From Cyanobacteria bacterium auto_48_18 (GTDB lineage Bacteria > Cyanobacteriota > Vampirovibrionia > Obscuribacterales > Obscuribacteraceae): 64,000 nt of DNA. Shown here in pieces: positions 49,006 to 58,781 of the stretch. The stretch is taken from positions 64,001 through 128,000 of the forward strand of contig JAVHQC010000036.1 in NCBI GenBank assembly GCA_036170915.1. The letters run 5' to 3'. Position 1 is the first letter of the stretch. Each line of letters opens with the position of its first letter. The notes under the pieces were generated by a model. That model made no database searches, was not told where the DNA came from, and worked only from the letters and a program-made list of their open reading frames with translations. A program made the translations under genes and the position numbers.

Positions 49006-49611
49006 TTAAGGACTAAAAAGTTCGTGCTGCATCATTATTTGCAGTTTGGCTTTGTCAAATTTAGACTTCCTGCCAGCTACCAGAGCAGCGTTGTTGATCG
49101 CATCTTGAGCAATTGCGTCCAAAGGCATCGGTGCTTCACCTAACTGTTCACTCCTAATCAGAGCTCCCTTCACGAGCGCAACCTTATTGAAGACTATGGT
49201 TCCCATTGGCTCTTTAGTATTGCCATAATTTCTCGCCAAAAGAGCGGCATTCTGACTGGGATTAAGTGCAATATTAAAATCGCGCTGCGAAATTATTTGG
49301 CCTTCCTGAATATCAAACATCGGCTTTCTGCCGGTTATGGGCGCAGTTAGCAACCAGCAATCAACCGGCATTTTTCTTGGCATTACTTCTGCTTCTGTAA
49401 TCTGGTCGGAGCGAATGGCCTCACCCTTTGCAATTGGTTTCACGCAATAGTAAATTTTCTTTTTACTTGCCAACTTTGTTTCAAGTTCTTTCAGCTTGGC
49501 ATTTACTCGCTCTTCATTGCCAATCTGTGCTGCTGCTGGCGGCAACTGACATAAAATCAAGAAGAGAGCCACCACGGTGGCACACTTGAATTTCAAATTT
49601 AAGTTCAGCAC
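49006..49611 (-). CDS. Exported protein with two SAF (FlgA/CpaB-like) domains
   Basis: KPIAKGEAIRSDQI...GRK...I.EGQII; second copy LVKGALIRSEQL...AGRK. Confidence 0.7.
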   Translation of the reverse strand: MLNLNLKFKCATVVALFLILCQLPPAAAQIGNEERVNAKLKELETKLASKKKIYYCVKPIAKGEAIRSDQITEAEVMPRKMPVDCWLLTAPITGRKPMFDIQEGQIISQRDFNIALNPSQNAALLARNYGNTKEPMGTIVFNKVALVKGALIRSEQLGEAPMPLDAIAQDAINNAALVAGRKSKFDKAKLQIMMQHELFSP

Positions 49612-49714
49612 TAAAGCCTATCTTTCTCAGGGAGGAAAAGTTTACTATTAAAATTCACAACGGGCAACAATGCGCCATTAATTGCCTTTAGCGGCCATGG
49701 CTTGGTTATGATCA

Positions 49715-50161
49715 ATGTTCATTGAGGAAATTATGAATTCGCTGCACGTGCACCGTCGTTTTGAAACTAAAATGGCCATTCGAGTGGCCACCTATGACAT
49801 TGATTATGCCAATCATGTCTCAAATATTGTGTATTTTCGCTGGTTGGAAGATTTGCGCCTGCAACTACTGGAAGAAAACTTTCCACTACAAGAACTGATG
49901 AGTCAGGGCTATATGCCTGTGCTGGCATCGTCGTCTATTGAGTATAAAAAGCCAGTCAAACTTTTCGATCGGCCGGTCGGCCACATGTGGATTGAACGAT
50001 TAGGCGCCGCCAGTATGTACTTTGTGGGCGAATTTTTAGTCGACGGGCAAGTCACTACCAAAGCCAGTCATATTGGTCTTTTTGTTGATACAGTCTCGCA
50101 AAAGCCAGTAAAAATTCCTGCACAAATCGTAGAAAAATTTGCCAGTTACTCGAAAATTTAA
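49715..50161 (+). CDS. Acyl-CoA thioesterase (4HBT/YbgC hotdog family)
   Basis: VATYDIDYANHVSNIVYFRWLE..R; IEYKKP. Confidence 0.9.
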   Translation: MFIEEIMNSLHVHRRFETKMAIRVATYDIDYANHVSNIVYFRWLEDLRLQLLEENFPLQELMSQGYMPVLASSSIEYKKPVKLFDRPVGHMWIERLGAASMYFVGEFLVDGQVTTKASHIGLFVDTVSQKPVKIPAQIVEKFASYSKI

Positions 50162-50170
50162 ATTAGTAAA

Positions 50171-51013
50171 TTGAGGCATCAGATTTTGACAGTTCAGAGT
50201 GATAGTTCATCCACAAGCATAACCACATCCACACCTGCATGTACCACAGTACTAGTTACAGGTGCCACATCAGGCATTGGTAAGGCTGTAGCACTCGGTT
50301 TTGCCAGAAATAAATGTGCGGTTGCTATAAACGGTTTTGGTGCGGAAAATGAAATTGCCTCTGTTTTAGAAGAACTCAAAGCATGTGGTGCCAGTAAAGC
50401 GATTCATGTGCCCTCAGATATGAGTCAAGCAAAAGATATTGAAAGACTGATCAGCACCACTCAGAATCAGCTTGGTTCACTTGATGTACTAATAAATAAC
50501 GCCGGCATTCAGTACACAGCCAAAGTAGAAGATTTTCCAGCCGAAAAGTGGGATCAAGTAATCGCCATTAATCTCACGTCAGCCTTTCACACTATCAGGC
50601 TAGCACTGCCAATGATGAGAACGCGCAATTTTGGCCGCATCATCAATATTGCTTCAGTTCATGGCCTGGTAGGATCTGTGCAAAAGGCAGCCTATGTTGC
50701 TGCAAAACACGGTATTATCGGTTTAACGAAAGTGGTGGCACTTGAGTGCGCTGAGCAGAATATAACGGTCAATTCGGTATGCCCAGGCTGGGTGCTTACA
50801 CCTCTGGTGGAAGCTCAGCTTACTGCCAATGCCACAAGAGATAAGGTGAGCAATGAGCAGGCCGTGCAAAATTTGCTGCTTGAGAAACAGCCTAGTTTGC
50901 GCTTCGTGCCTTTAGAAGAACTCTCACAACTTTGTCTTTTTCTTGCATCACCGGGAGCATCTTCTATTAATGGTGCTGCCTTGCCTATCGATGGCGGCTG
51001 GACTGCACGATAA
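50171..51013 (+). CDS. bdhA: 3-hydroxybutyrate dehydrogenase (SDR)
   Basis: TGATSGIG; NGFG; NNAGIQ; IASVHGLV.S..K.AYVAAKHG; CPGWVLTPLV; LLEKQP. Confidence 0.88.
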   Translation: MRHQILTVQSDSSSTSITTSTPACTTVLVTGATSGIGKAVALGFARNKCAVAINGFGAENEIASVLEELKACGASKAIHVPSDMSQAKDIERLISTTQNQLGSLDVLINNAGIQYTAKVEDFPAEKWDQVIAINLTSAFHTIRLALPMMRTRNFGRIINIASVHGLVGSVQKAAYVAAKHGIIGLTKVVALECAEQNITVNSVCPGWVLTPLVEAQLTANATRDKVSNEQAVQNLLLEKQPSLRFVPLEELSQLCLFLASPGASSINGAALPIDGGWTAR

Positions 51014-51036
51014 ACTTGCTTATTTTGGAAATCTCG

Positions 51037-52587
51037 ATGAAAAAAATTGTTTTCACTTCAGCGGCTCTGTTATCGATTGCTTTGTTATCCATAACTGTGC
51101 CTGTGGCCTCTGCCGCTCCTGCGGCGCGCGATTGCGCTACTGCATGCAAAAGCTGGCTCACCCGTGCCGATATCAGTCACTCACGGGTAGGCGTTGAAGT
51201 GATGGAATTGCCCTCAGGAAAAGTTGCCTTTGAGAGCAGTGGAAGCAAGCGATTTACGCCTGCATCCACCGCTAAGGTGATAACAACTTCGTGCATTTAT
51301 GATTTACTCGGTGCCAATTATGTCTATCGCACAAGGCTTGTTAGTAATGGTGTGCTTGAAGGTGGAATACTCAAGGGAGATTTGATTTTAGAAACCAGCC
51401 AAGATCCTAGCCTCAAGCGCAACGATCTGATCAAGCTTGTCCGCGACGCTGGCGTAACTCAAGTTGACGGCAGAGTTTTTGTTGCTTGTCCCCCCGACGG
51501 CCACGACAATTATGCAGTCAGCTGGTTAGCTGAAGATTTCGGTCAGGACTGGATGCCTGTTTCATCAAATCTTGTGATCGACGGCAATATTGCCTATGTC
51601 AGTGGCATACCAAAGCAATTCCGTGTTGCCGATGTTAAATCAACCGGCCTCGCTGTTTTAGATACATTGATGCAATCAGGTATTGGCTCTGCCTGGCTCT
51701 CGCTTGATCCCACTACTAATATCGTCAACGTTAATCGCGGTACCGCCTACAGTAGCAACGGTAAAATTGACGCATCGATAAAGCGTGATGGTCCCTTTGT
51801 TGTGGCTAACCCTGACGCTTACAACACTGGTATTTTTCAGTCAGTGTTGAATGATCAGCACATCAATGCCAGTTACCCTGTGGTTACAACTTTTGGCTCT
51901 TACAAAGAAGCGCGCACCATTCTTTCAGAGCATGTCTCTAAACCGCTTTCACAAATTATTCGCCTCTGCTTGCATGAAAGCGACAATCTGTATGCTCAAC
52001 AGTTGCTACGCACCATTGCCCTCGCCGGTGATACCAGAGTGCAGAAGACTAAATCCAAAAGAGTTGATGCCCGCACTTTAGAAGAGAAGGGTCTAAACCG
52101 AATTGGTGAATGGCTATCAGGCCTCGGTGTGCCTGGAAGAGAAGTTGTATTGTTTGACGGCTGCGGGCTTTCACGCAAAGATTGTCTTACGCCCCACGCA
52201 CTTAACCTGGTGCTGAAACATATGGCAGGTGAAGGAGTTGATGGCCCATACTTAGATTTACTCAAAGCTAGCGGCGAGGGTGCCAGCTCTTTCCGCTTCA
52301 AAACTGGCGCCATGGATACAGTGCGCGCCATAAGCGGCATTCTAATAAACAATTACAATCAGAAAGAAGCAGTCACCATTATGATCAATGGCCATACCCC
52401 GTCGGTGAAAGATCTGCGTATTGCCCTTTCAGACCTGATAGAACGCCTGAAAAACTCAGCCATCAATCGTGCTGATGCGGCACAGCCTGCTGGGGCAAAG
52501 ACCCCTGCTGCTGCCGTTCAGACGCCTAAAAAATTGGCCCCAGCCAGTCGCAGCAGTGTTCGCCGGAAGAATCAGCGACGCCATTAA
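51037..52587 (+). CDS. dacB: D-Ala-D-Ala carboxypeptidase/endopeptidase (PBP4, peptidase S13)
   Basis: PASTAK (SxxK), SDN, DGCGLSR, KTG; signal peptide from MKKIVF. Confidence 0.9.
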   Translation: MKKIVFTSAALLSIALLSITVPVASAAPAARDCATACKSWLTRADISHSRVGVEVMELPSGKVAFESSGSKRFTPASTAKVITTSCIYDLLGANYVYRTRLVSNGVLEGGILKGDLILETSQDPSLKRNDLIKLVRDAGVTQVDGRVFVACPPDGHDNYAVSWLAEDFGQDWMPVSSNLVIDGNIAYVSGIPKQFRVADVKSTGLAVLDTLMQSGIGSAWLSLDPTTNIVNVNRGTAYSSNGKIDASIKRDGPFVVANPDAYNTGIFQSVLNDQHINASYPVVTTFGSYKEARTILSEHVSKPLSQIIRLCLHESDNLYAQQLLRTIALAGDTRVQKTKSKRVDARTLEEKGLNRIGEWLSGLGVPGREVVLFDGCGLSRKDCLTPHALNLVLKHMAGEGVDGPYLDLLKASGEGASSFRFKTGAMDTVRAISGILINNYNQKEAVTIMINGHTPSVKDLRIALSDLIERLKNSAINRADAAQPAGAKTPAAAVQTPKKLAPASRSSVRRKNQRRH

Positions 52588-52605
52588 TAACCTATATTGT
52601 CGCTA

Positions 52606-53340
52606 TTAACGAAGGGCGTGATGACTGACGGCGCTCAAATTAGCAGCCAAAATTGTGTGGGCTTCAGGCTGTTGTTGATCTTCGTAGACGGCCTTAATAC
52701 GTTTTTTCAATGCTAGAAGAGTGCGTGGCAACTCGTTTTTGACGCCTTCTCGGACGGCCCATTGAGGCACGAAGAAACCAGGATCAATAAACATGCTGTA
52801 TGTCAATGCAGTTTTGGTGCCACCATCTGCGGGGCTCATATCCCAATAACCACGAAAATCTTTTAGCGTGCCGCCTATGCGTTTAAACTCTATGCGCCCA
52901 CCCTTGTCTGTTTGTTCGTAGCGTGACTCAACGGTGTAAGCCATTTGCGGCATGAAAGGTATTGGAGCCGTGTCAAGAGTCATCTTGAGCACAGAAAAAT
53001 TAGCCTGGTCTGTCACAACTTCTACTCTTTTGACCCGAGGCGCGATACGACCGGCAAATTCAAAGGGGTTAACCATAATCGGCCATACTTTGTCTGGAGA
53101 CTGATCGATAATAATGCGACCGGTGACATATTTTTGCGCACCGATGCCTTTTAAACCAACTACCACTTCGCCTCGACCAAGCTTTTCTAAAGCAACTTTC
53201 TCTTCGAGAGCGGCTTTATCAGCAGTAACTGCATTATTACCCGCATATGACGGCACCGCTGGTGAAGTCATTGTTATTGTCAGAGCGATGAGCAAACTTG
53301 TAGCAGCGCTTTTGGCCACCGGGTGAAAACTAAAGGTCAT
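52606..53340 (-). CDS. Exported START/SRPBCC (cyclase-like) protein
   Basis: Signal peptide; GTLKDFRGYW; TALTY...P.FFVPQW; paralogue of 28101-28763. Confidence 0.82.
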   Translation of the reverse strand: MTFSFHPVAKSAATSLLIALTITMTSPAVPSYAGNNAVTADKAALEEKVALEKLGRGEVVVGLKGIGAQKYVTGRIIIDQSPDKVWPIMVNPFEFAGRIAPRVKRVEVVTDQANFSVLKMTLDTAPIPFMPQMAYTVESRYEQTDKGGRIEFKRIGGTLKDFRGYWDMSPADGGTKTALTYSMFIDPGFFVPQWAVREGVKNELPRTLLALKKRIKAVYEDQQQPEAHTILAANLSAVSHHALR

Positions 53341-53359
53341 TATTTCTCCAGAACACTAG

Positions 53360-53460
53360 CCTGCAGACAAACTTCAACTGGTCGTGCACAAATTTGAAGT
53401 TATGCAGGATGACGACTTCTATAGTCGGCTAAAAGATATAAGCCGTCAAGTGCACGACAG
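53360..53460 (-). ncRNA. Candidate structured 5' leader RNA with pseudoknot or alternative helices
   Basis: Helices GUCGUGCAC/GUGCACGAC (9 bp), UGACGGCUU/AAGUCGUCA (9 bp, G-U only on the minus strand), AACUUCAA/UUGAAGUU plus CCUGCA/UGCAGG, about 20 nt before the ATG. Confidence 0.5.
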
Positions 53461-53834
53461 GCATAGCGTATATATCTTAGCAACCTCGCAAAGGTGCACC
53501 ATGACAATCGCACATAGTATCCGCTAGATATCAAGCGGTGAGGCAATCGAGAAAGTTTTATCTGCGTGGTGAAAAAATATTCAGTTTCATATCAACCGTC
53601 GAGCTTATATCACCGTATCTGGTGGCAATAACCAAAACAGTATCGTTCAGTTATCAGCGCCTGATGGTTTTGTAGACGTCCATAGATCTGTAAAAGTTTC
53701 TCACAACAACGAATGTCCGCAAGTTTTGTTAAGAGAATTTGGCCTTGACTACCTCTGTCAGAGTATAATAGACGACACAACTGCTGCTGTCCGCTCCGCG
53801 ACAGTGGCACTAGTAGTACTCAAGAGGATACAAG

Positions 53835-54539
53835 ATGCCTACCTTCGATAAAGATCAGCAGCCACTTTTCGCCAGAGAAGGTCTTTTCAGGCAAAAATTA
53901 AATCAGTTGCGCACTGGTGAAAGTCAAAATCCTCGCACTCCGCCAGCTGATGCATCATCACGTTTTCGTGAATTAGAGCAAGGCAGTTACATCTCTAACG
54001 TTAAAGAGAGCTTGTCTAAAGCCGATCCAGACGAGAAAGACCGTGCCGCTTTGCTTGACGCGCCAACCGAGCTCTACAACCGCTCCGCCATTACAACTAT
54101 TATTCGCAATGAACTCAAGCGATCCAAGCGCTACAAGCATAATTTGAGCCTGCTCGTACTCAGCATTGACGACCTTGATACTGTCGCTAAGAAGCACGGA
54201 CAAGCCACTACCGATTCGATCATTAAAGGTGTCGCCACCTTCTTAATGGGCATTATTCGCGACGTAGATATTCCTGCCCGTTATGACAAAAATACTTTCC
54301 TCGTGCTTTGCCCAGATACTGAGCCTAAGGGAGTCAGCATTTTAGCCGAGCGTATTCGCAGCAAAATTATGCTGACCAGAGTTTCAGACGTTGGACAAAA
54401 CTGGCACGTTACAGTGAGTCAGGGTATTGCAGGTTTCCCTGGCGCTGCCGTTAAGGGTGAAGAGCTGATTGAAAACGCTGTTATAGCGGCAAATACAGCG
54501 CTTAAGAATGGCGGAAATCAAACGGTTATCGCCGAATAG
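53835..54539 (+). CDS. Degenerate GGDEF-domain protein (probably inactive, I-site retained)
   Basis: LDAPTELYNR; SLLVLSIDDL; RDVD I-site; ARYDKNTF in place of RYGGDEF; VTVSQGIA. Confidence 0.88.
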   Translation: MPTFDKDQQPLFAREGLFRQKLNQLRTGESQNPRTPPADASSRFRELEQGSYISNVKESLSKADPDEKDRAALLDAPTELYNRSAITTIIRNELKRSKRYKHNLSLLVLSIDDLDTVAKKHGQATTDSIIKGVATFLMGIIRDVDIPARYDKNTFLVLCPDTEPKGVSILAERIRSKIMLTRVSDVGQNWHVTVSQGIAGFPGAAVKGEELIENAVIAANTALKNGGNQTVIAE

Positions 54540-54548
54540 AGTACTAAA

Positions 54549-55751
54549 TCACCATTTGAAAGTATTGAGGACCTCATCGAGGTCTTCATTCTTTTTGTCC
54601 GCCAGGCGCAATTGCAATGCAAAAGCGCACTGCTCATCATTGAGTCTCTTGCTTTGAAAATAAAAGTAGGTCTGCTTGGCGAAGGCGGTAAACGAATGCT
54701 CAAACAACACTTTTGACTCTACTAAGTCGTCCACTGATTTCTCTCTGGTGGCAGCTTCCTTTTTGCAGTCAACTAAATCGGCCTTCGACAAAAGGCCACA
54801 GACTGCTAAAAATTCGGCGAAAGAAATTACCCGAGCATTTTCATTTTTCTGTTGTTCCGCTTGCGATAGTGCTTTTGAAAGACTTACACCAGAAGCTTTT
54901 ACGCTTGCCAGAACGTAAGTAGCATCTTGAGCCGCCACGGTGCCGGCACTAATCATGTCGTGCAAAGTTAAGGCTTGGTTCAGCTCTACGTCAGTCAAAA
55001 GTTGCATGCGTACAAGAATTCGACCCAGAGGTACTTCTTCACTGATGCCTTTCTCAAGTGCGCTCAAAAGATCTGCTTGTGCCACCAGGCCTGATAACAA
55101 AAGCAGCTCACCCAGCCGCATAGAGCTTGCCAGGCCTGCAGTCATGGTGGCCGAGATCAAAACACCTTTGTTTTTTGCCAAACTGGCACTATCAGCTCTA
55201 GCCGCCATTACTGTTTGAATGGCTGTTACGGCTTGCTCTCTAGTCAGTTTTCCATCGCGCAAAAGCGACTGCGAAATCAATGCTATGAATGCCGTTTGCT
55301 CGCGCACAATACCGCGTAGAGCAAGTATTCTAGCCAGCTGCAGGCCTGTGGTGTATGAAGCTGTTAATGCTTGGTCTAGTGTCGCTTTATCGATTGCTCC
55401 AGCCGAAATTAAAATCTCACCGAGCTTATTGGCGTGATTAAAGAACTCGCTCTCGATACCAAGCTTTGAAAGAGCCAAATTCAGATCAATACTTTCGCTA
55501 GCCACCAATTTCAACGCAGCTACCGCGTCTTCTTCACTAATTAAACGGTCGCGAACCAGTGATTGCAAACTGAGAGCCTGTTTGAATTTTTCCTCACTGA
55601 GAAAGGCGGAAGCGATTAAAACGCGACCAACTGGCACACCGGCTTTAAGTGCCACAGGCATGGCATCAGCGAGCTGAGGCAAACTTACCAATTCAGACTT
55701 AACTAAAAGGTCACCCACTAAAATTTGAGAAGCTCTTTTTTGCATTCTCAA
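54549..55751 (-). CDS. Tandem MshEN-like repeat protein (3-4 units)
   Basis: LVGDLLVKSELV...PVGRVLI; KLGEILISAGAI...; RLGELLLLSGLV...PLGRILV. Confidence 0.78.
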   Translation of the reverse strand: MRMQKRASQILVGDLLVKSELVSLPQLADAMPVALKAGVPVGRVLIASAFLSEEKFKQALSLQSLVRDRLISEEDAVAALKLVASESIDLNLALSKLGIESEFFNHANKLGEILISAGAIDKATLDQALTASYTTGLQLARILALRGIVREQTAFIALISQSLLRDGKLTREQAVTAIQTVMAARADSASLAKNKGVLISATMTAGLASSMRLGELLLLSGLVAQADLLSALEKGISEEVPLGRILVRMQLLTDVELNQALTLHDMISAGTVAAQDATYVLASVKASGVSLSKALSQAEQQKNENARVISFAEFLAVCGLLSKADLVDCKKEAATREKSVDDLVESKVLFEHSFTAFAKQTYFYFQSKRLNDEQCAFALQLRLADKKNEDLDEVLNTFKW

Positions 55752-55754
55752 AGT

Positions 55755-56375
55755 CTACCGTACTGTTTTGATTTTACTGTCTATGCGCCTTAGTTGAACT
55801 GCGATTTTTTCGGCCTCAGAAGTCCGCCCACACTGTGTCAGAAAGGCTTTATAGTGCATGAGAAATTGGCAAAGTTTAGGATCGTCTTCTTGATTTTTAG
55901 AGGCAATGGTGGCAATCGCTCGTTTGTAAAGTAGCTCCGCCTGACCGGTGTTGCCGTGCCATTGATATAACCAGGCCAAATCCGGCAGAAAAGCAGCGAA
56001 TTTTTCTGAGTTTGGTCCAGCAAAACCCTCCTCATAGCGCATAGCCAGCTCATACAATCTCTCTGACTCAAAGATATGACCGCGTTTATGTTCGAGCAGG
56101 GCCAGACCGGCCAGGCTATTTACGAGGCCAGGATCCATATTGGTATTTTTTTCGGCAATTTTTACCGCTGCTTCAAAGGCCAGTTTCGCCTGATTGAGAT
56201 CACCGCTCTTAAGCAATAGCCTGGCTTCGTGGTCTTTTTTCCACCATTCTTGTGCATTGCTAAACGGCTCTGGCTCGGGCACTGCACCAAAAGTTGTATC
56301 TACAGCAAAAGCAGACGATACAAAAATAGAATTTGCTGAGAGCAAAATCAACAGCGCTCGGCAAATCGTCGGCAA
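55755..56375 (-). CDS. Exported TPR protein
   Basis: SLAGLALL...SERLYELA; LAWLY...AELLYKRA; TTG start at 56375 with AGGA avoids an 86-nt overlap. Confidence 0.75.
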   Translation of the reverse strand: MPTICRALLILLSANSIFVSSAFAVDTTFGAVPEPEPFSNAQEWWKKDHEARLLLKSGDLNQAKLAFEAAVKIAEKNTNMDPGLVNSLAGLALLEHKRGHIFESERLYELAMRYEEGFAGPNSEKFAAFLPDLAWLYQWHGNTGQAELLYKRAIATIASKNQEDDPKLCQFLMHYKAFLTQCGRTSEAEKIAVQLRRIDSKIKTVR

Positions 56376-56376
56376 T

Positions 56377-57807
56377 CTACTTTTCCTTTGTTTGCAGCTT
56401 GGCCAGCCTCTGTTCATAAGGAATGGCATCAGATGCACGGCCATTCTCTTTGAGAGTGTCAATTACATACTTGAGGATTATGGGAAAATTAGAGTGATTC
56501 TCGCCTTTATGTCCCGGTGCACTTCTTGATAGCTTTTCTTCCATGGCCGCAACGTGTGCAGCAGGATTAGCCAGAACGCGAGCTTTTAAGTTCTCAGCCG
56601 GAAGGTCAGCACCATATGCCGGCGGAGTTGCAGCTGGAGTCGGTTTAACAGATTCTGCTGCACCAGATTTGGTGGCACCCAACGGCTTAAAATCATGCGC
56701 TGTTTTAAGATTATCTTGTAGTTTAACTAGAAGCATTTTGAGTTTATCGATTTTTTCAAGCAACTCAACATCAGTAGCAGTATTGGCGCTGTCTTCTAAA
56801 TCTAAAAAAGCCAAAACTGTGGCTTTGCCAACGCTTACACCAGCTTTATCGAGAGTCTGCATTTCAGCAAGAATAGCGGCTCTTTCTTCTTTTCTCAAAC
56901 CTTCTTTCAATTCATAATTTTGCAAATCGAGCTTGCCGTCTGCTCCGTTGCCCTTAATTACATTTACAGCTACTTCCTTCAAAGAAGTGTTCAGTGCTTC
57001 ACCAACGGTGGCAATGGCGTTGCGGCTGAGAGTAATCACGCGATTATCTTTACTGAGGCTGGTATCGACAAAGGTTACCTGCGCTATTTTATATTCAATG
57101 GGAGCAGCTTCAAGAGCCTGATCGGCTAAGCGCATCGCTTCTAGCTTGAGTAGCCGTTCGCTCAATGATGAATCAAGATTTGTACTGATAAAAATTTGAT
57201 TGTCGCGAAGCTGTGTGTTTACTTTTTTCGGCCGCACATACTGGCCTTCACTCAAATAGCTGGCAACACGCTTAGATGGATCAAGTATGGCGTCTTCTTT
57301 AATTTCAAGAGACTTCAGAAGCTCATCTTTTGACAGGGTGCCGTTACCGAATGCTTTAACATCGCCGGCGGTGACGGCAACTTCCTTAAAAGTGCTGAGA
57401 GAGTTTGAATTATAAAAGTAGACAGTCACGCGGGAGACTTGCCCTGGAGCGTAATCCATAAGCGTTTTCGCTATTAGTACTGCCTCAATCTTGCAATCGT
57501 TGGCATTGGCTTTGGGATTCTTAAAAGTGGCAATTTCTACTTCTTCAGGTTTGACTCGGGCATTAATGCGAATGTTGGGGGCCAAAATCTTGGCCTTCTC
57601 TACTACTTCCACCGCTTCGGTGTCTGAGATGTAGGCAGCTGCCGGTAGGATGCATGGCGCGAAGCAAGCTATTGCCAGAGCGCCAAATTTACTAAACGCC
57701 AATAGTGATGGGTGTTTCGAGTTCTTTTTCAACTGCAGGGCCCCTGGTAAGCCACTAGCTAAATGAGCTATATTTAACATTCTATGCTCTATGTTCATTT
57801 TTGCCAA
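56377..57807 (-). CDS. Hypothetical exported protein with an apparent internal duplication
   Basis: KIEAVLIAKTLMD...VTVYFY and KLEAMRLADQALE...AQVTFV repeats; start uncertain. Confidence 0.65.
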   Translation of the reverse strand: MAKMNIEHRMLNIAHLASGLPGALQLKKNSKHPSLLAFSKFGALAIACFAPCILPAAAYISDTEAVEVVEKAKILAPNIRINARVKPEEVEIATFKNPKANANDCKIEAVLIAKTLMDYAPGQVSRVTVYFYNSNSLSTFKEVAVTAGDVKAFGNGTLSKDELLKSLEIKEDAILDPSKRVASYLSEGQYVRPKKVNTQLRDNQIFISTNLDSSLSERLLKLEAMRLADQALEAAPIEYKIAQVTFVDTSLSKDNRVITLSRNAIATVGEALNTSLKEVAVNVIKGNGADGKLDLQNYELKEGLRKEERAAILAEMQTLDKAGVSVGKATVLAFLDLEDSANTATDVELLEKIDKLKMLLVKLQDNLKTAHDFKPLGATKSGAAESVKPTPAATPPAYGADLPAENLKARVLANPAAHVAAMEEKLSRSAPGHKGENHSNFPIILKYVIDTLKENGRASDAIPYEQRLAKLQTKEK

Positions 57808-57815
57808 GATTGCAG

Positions 57816-57841
57816 AAAAAAGCGGGCCCTTTCAAGCCCGC
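57816..57841 (-). terminator. Rho-independent terminator
   Basis: Minus strand GCGGGC-N8-GCCCGC followed by UUUUUU, about 30 nt after the 57872 stop. Confidence 0.8.
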
Positions 57842-57871
57842 GCACAAAGGTCTGATAACTAAAGCATGTGC

Positions 57872-58621
57872 TTACTCAGGCGTAAAACCAAGCGACCGAC
57901 CAAGCTTGAACCAGAAAGTATTTTTCATACGGTCAACTCGAGCTTGTGTCTTAAACAAAAGATCTCGGCTCTGTTCATGTGTGAGCTGCTCAGCTTCAAG
58001 CGCTTCTTGCAGCTCGTTCAATTGATTTTTTAGTTCAGTGGCCAGCAGCGCTTTGTTGAACAATTCAGGCATGTACTTAAGTTGATCGGCATTGGCGGCA
58101 ATTTGCAAATCGAGGGCGCGAATATCGTAATCGCGATCTTTCAACTTTTGACGCAGCTGCGAAAGCTCTCGTTGTTGAGCTTCGACCACTACCTGAAGTC
58201 TGCTGTCTACTTCGTCTTCTTCAATTATGCTTTTTAAGATCGGAGTAGAAGAGGATGACTTGAAAATATCATTGCTTTGACCAGGCGAAAAATCGAAGAG
58301 GTCGAACTCTGTCATAACCGCATGAGATTTTGCTAGTTGCACGTCAACTTGGACGTCAACTTCGGTCTCCACTTTTAAATTTGCGTTTGCTTCTTCTTTA
58401 AGTGGAAATTCAATCAAATTAGATGCGTGGTCAACGCCATCGATTTTTTCAATTTCATCGCCAAAAATTTTGTTGAGCAGAAGCTCAAGATGCTGAACTT
58501 CGGTGCTCATTTTTAAAGGCTCAACGAACACTTCTACGTCAGCTGATGTTGTGGAAAAACTTTGCATGATTTCCTCAAAGAGATCGGTGCGTGACAACTC
58601 CACAATGACTAGAGCTATCAA
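57872..58621 (-). CDS. Coiled-coil protein
   Basis: Heptad-rich C-terminal half; probable ATG start at 58567. Confidence 0.7.
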   Translation of the reverse strand: MIALVIVELSRTDLFEEIMQSFSTTSADVEVFVEPLKMSTEVQHLELLLNKIFGDEIEKIDGVDHASNLIEFPLKEEANANLKVETEVDVQVDVQLAKSHAVMTEFDLFDFSPGQSNDIFKSSSSTPILKSIIEEDEVDSRLQVVVEAQQRELSQLRQKLKDRDYDIRALDLQIAANADQLKYMPELFNKALLATELKNQLNELQEALEAEQLTHEQSRDLLFKTQARVDRMKNTFWFKLGRSLGFTPE

Positions 58622-58781
58622 CGCATAAATGTTATCTCAGCAAAGCTAAATTGTACACAGTTAATCTTGCGAATTAACCCTGGCATCACATATACAGTTA
58701 CGCCACACTAGTTATACATCCTCACCCTGACCGGGTCTTAGTGCATATAACAGACCTTAGAATAGTGAAGGCCTGCTCTAG

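Noticed and set aside
53501..53851. Plus-strand frame from ATG 53501 with TAG and TGA stops followed by about 90 open codons
   Set aside because: Two different stop codons, no Cys/Sec motif, no recognisable family and no start for the long segment; cannot support a gene or read-through
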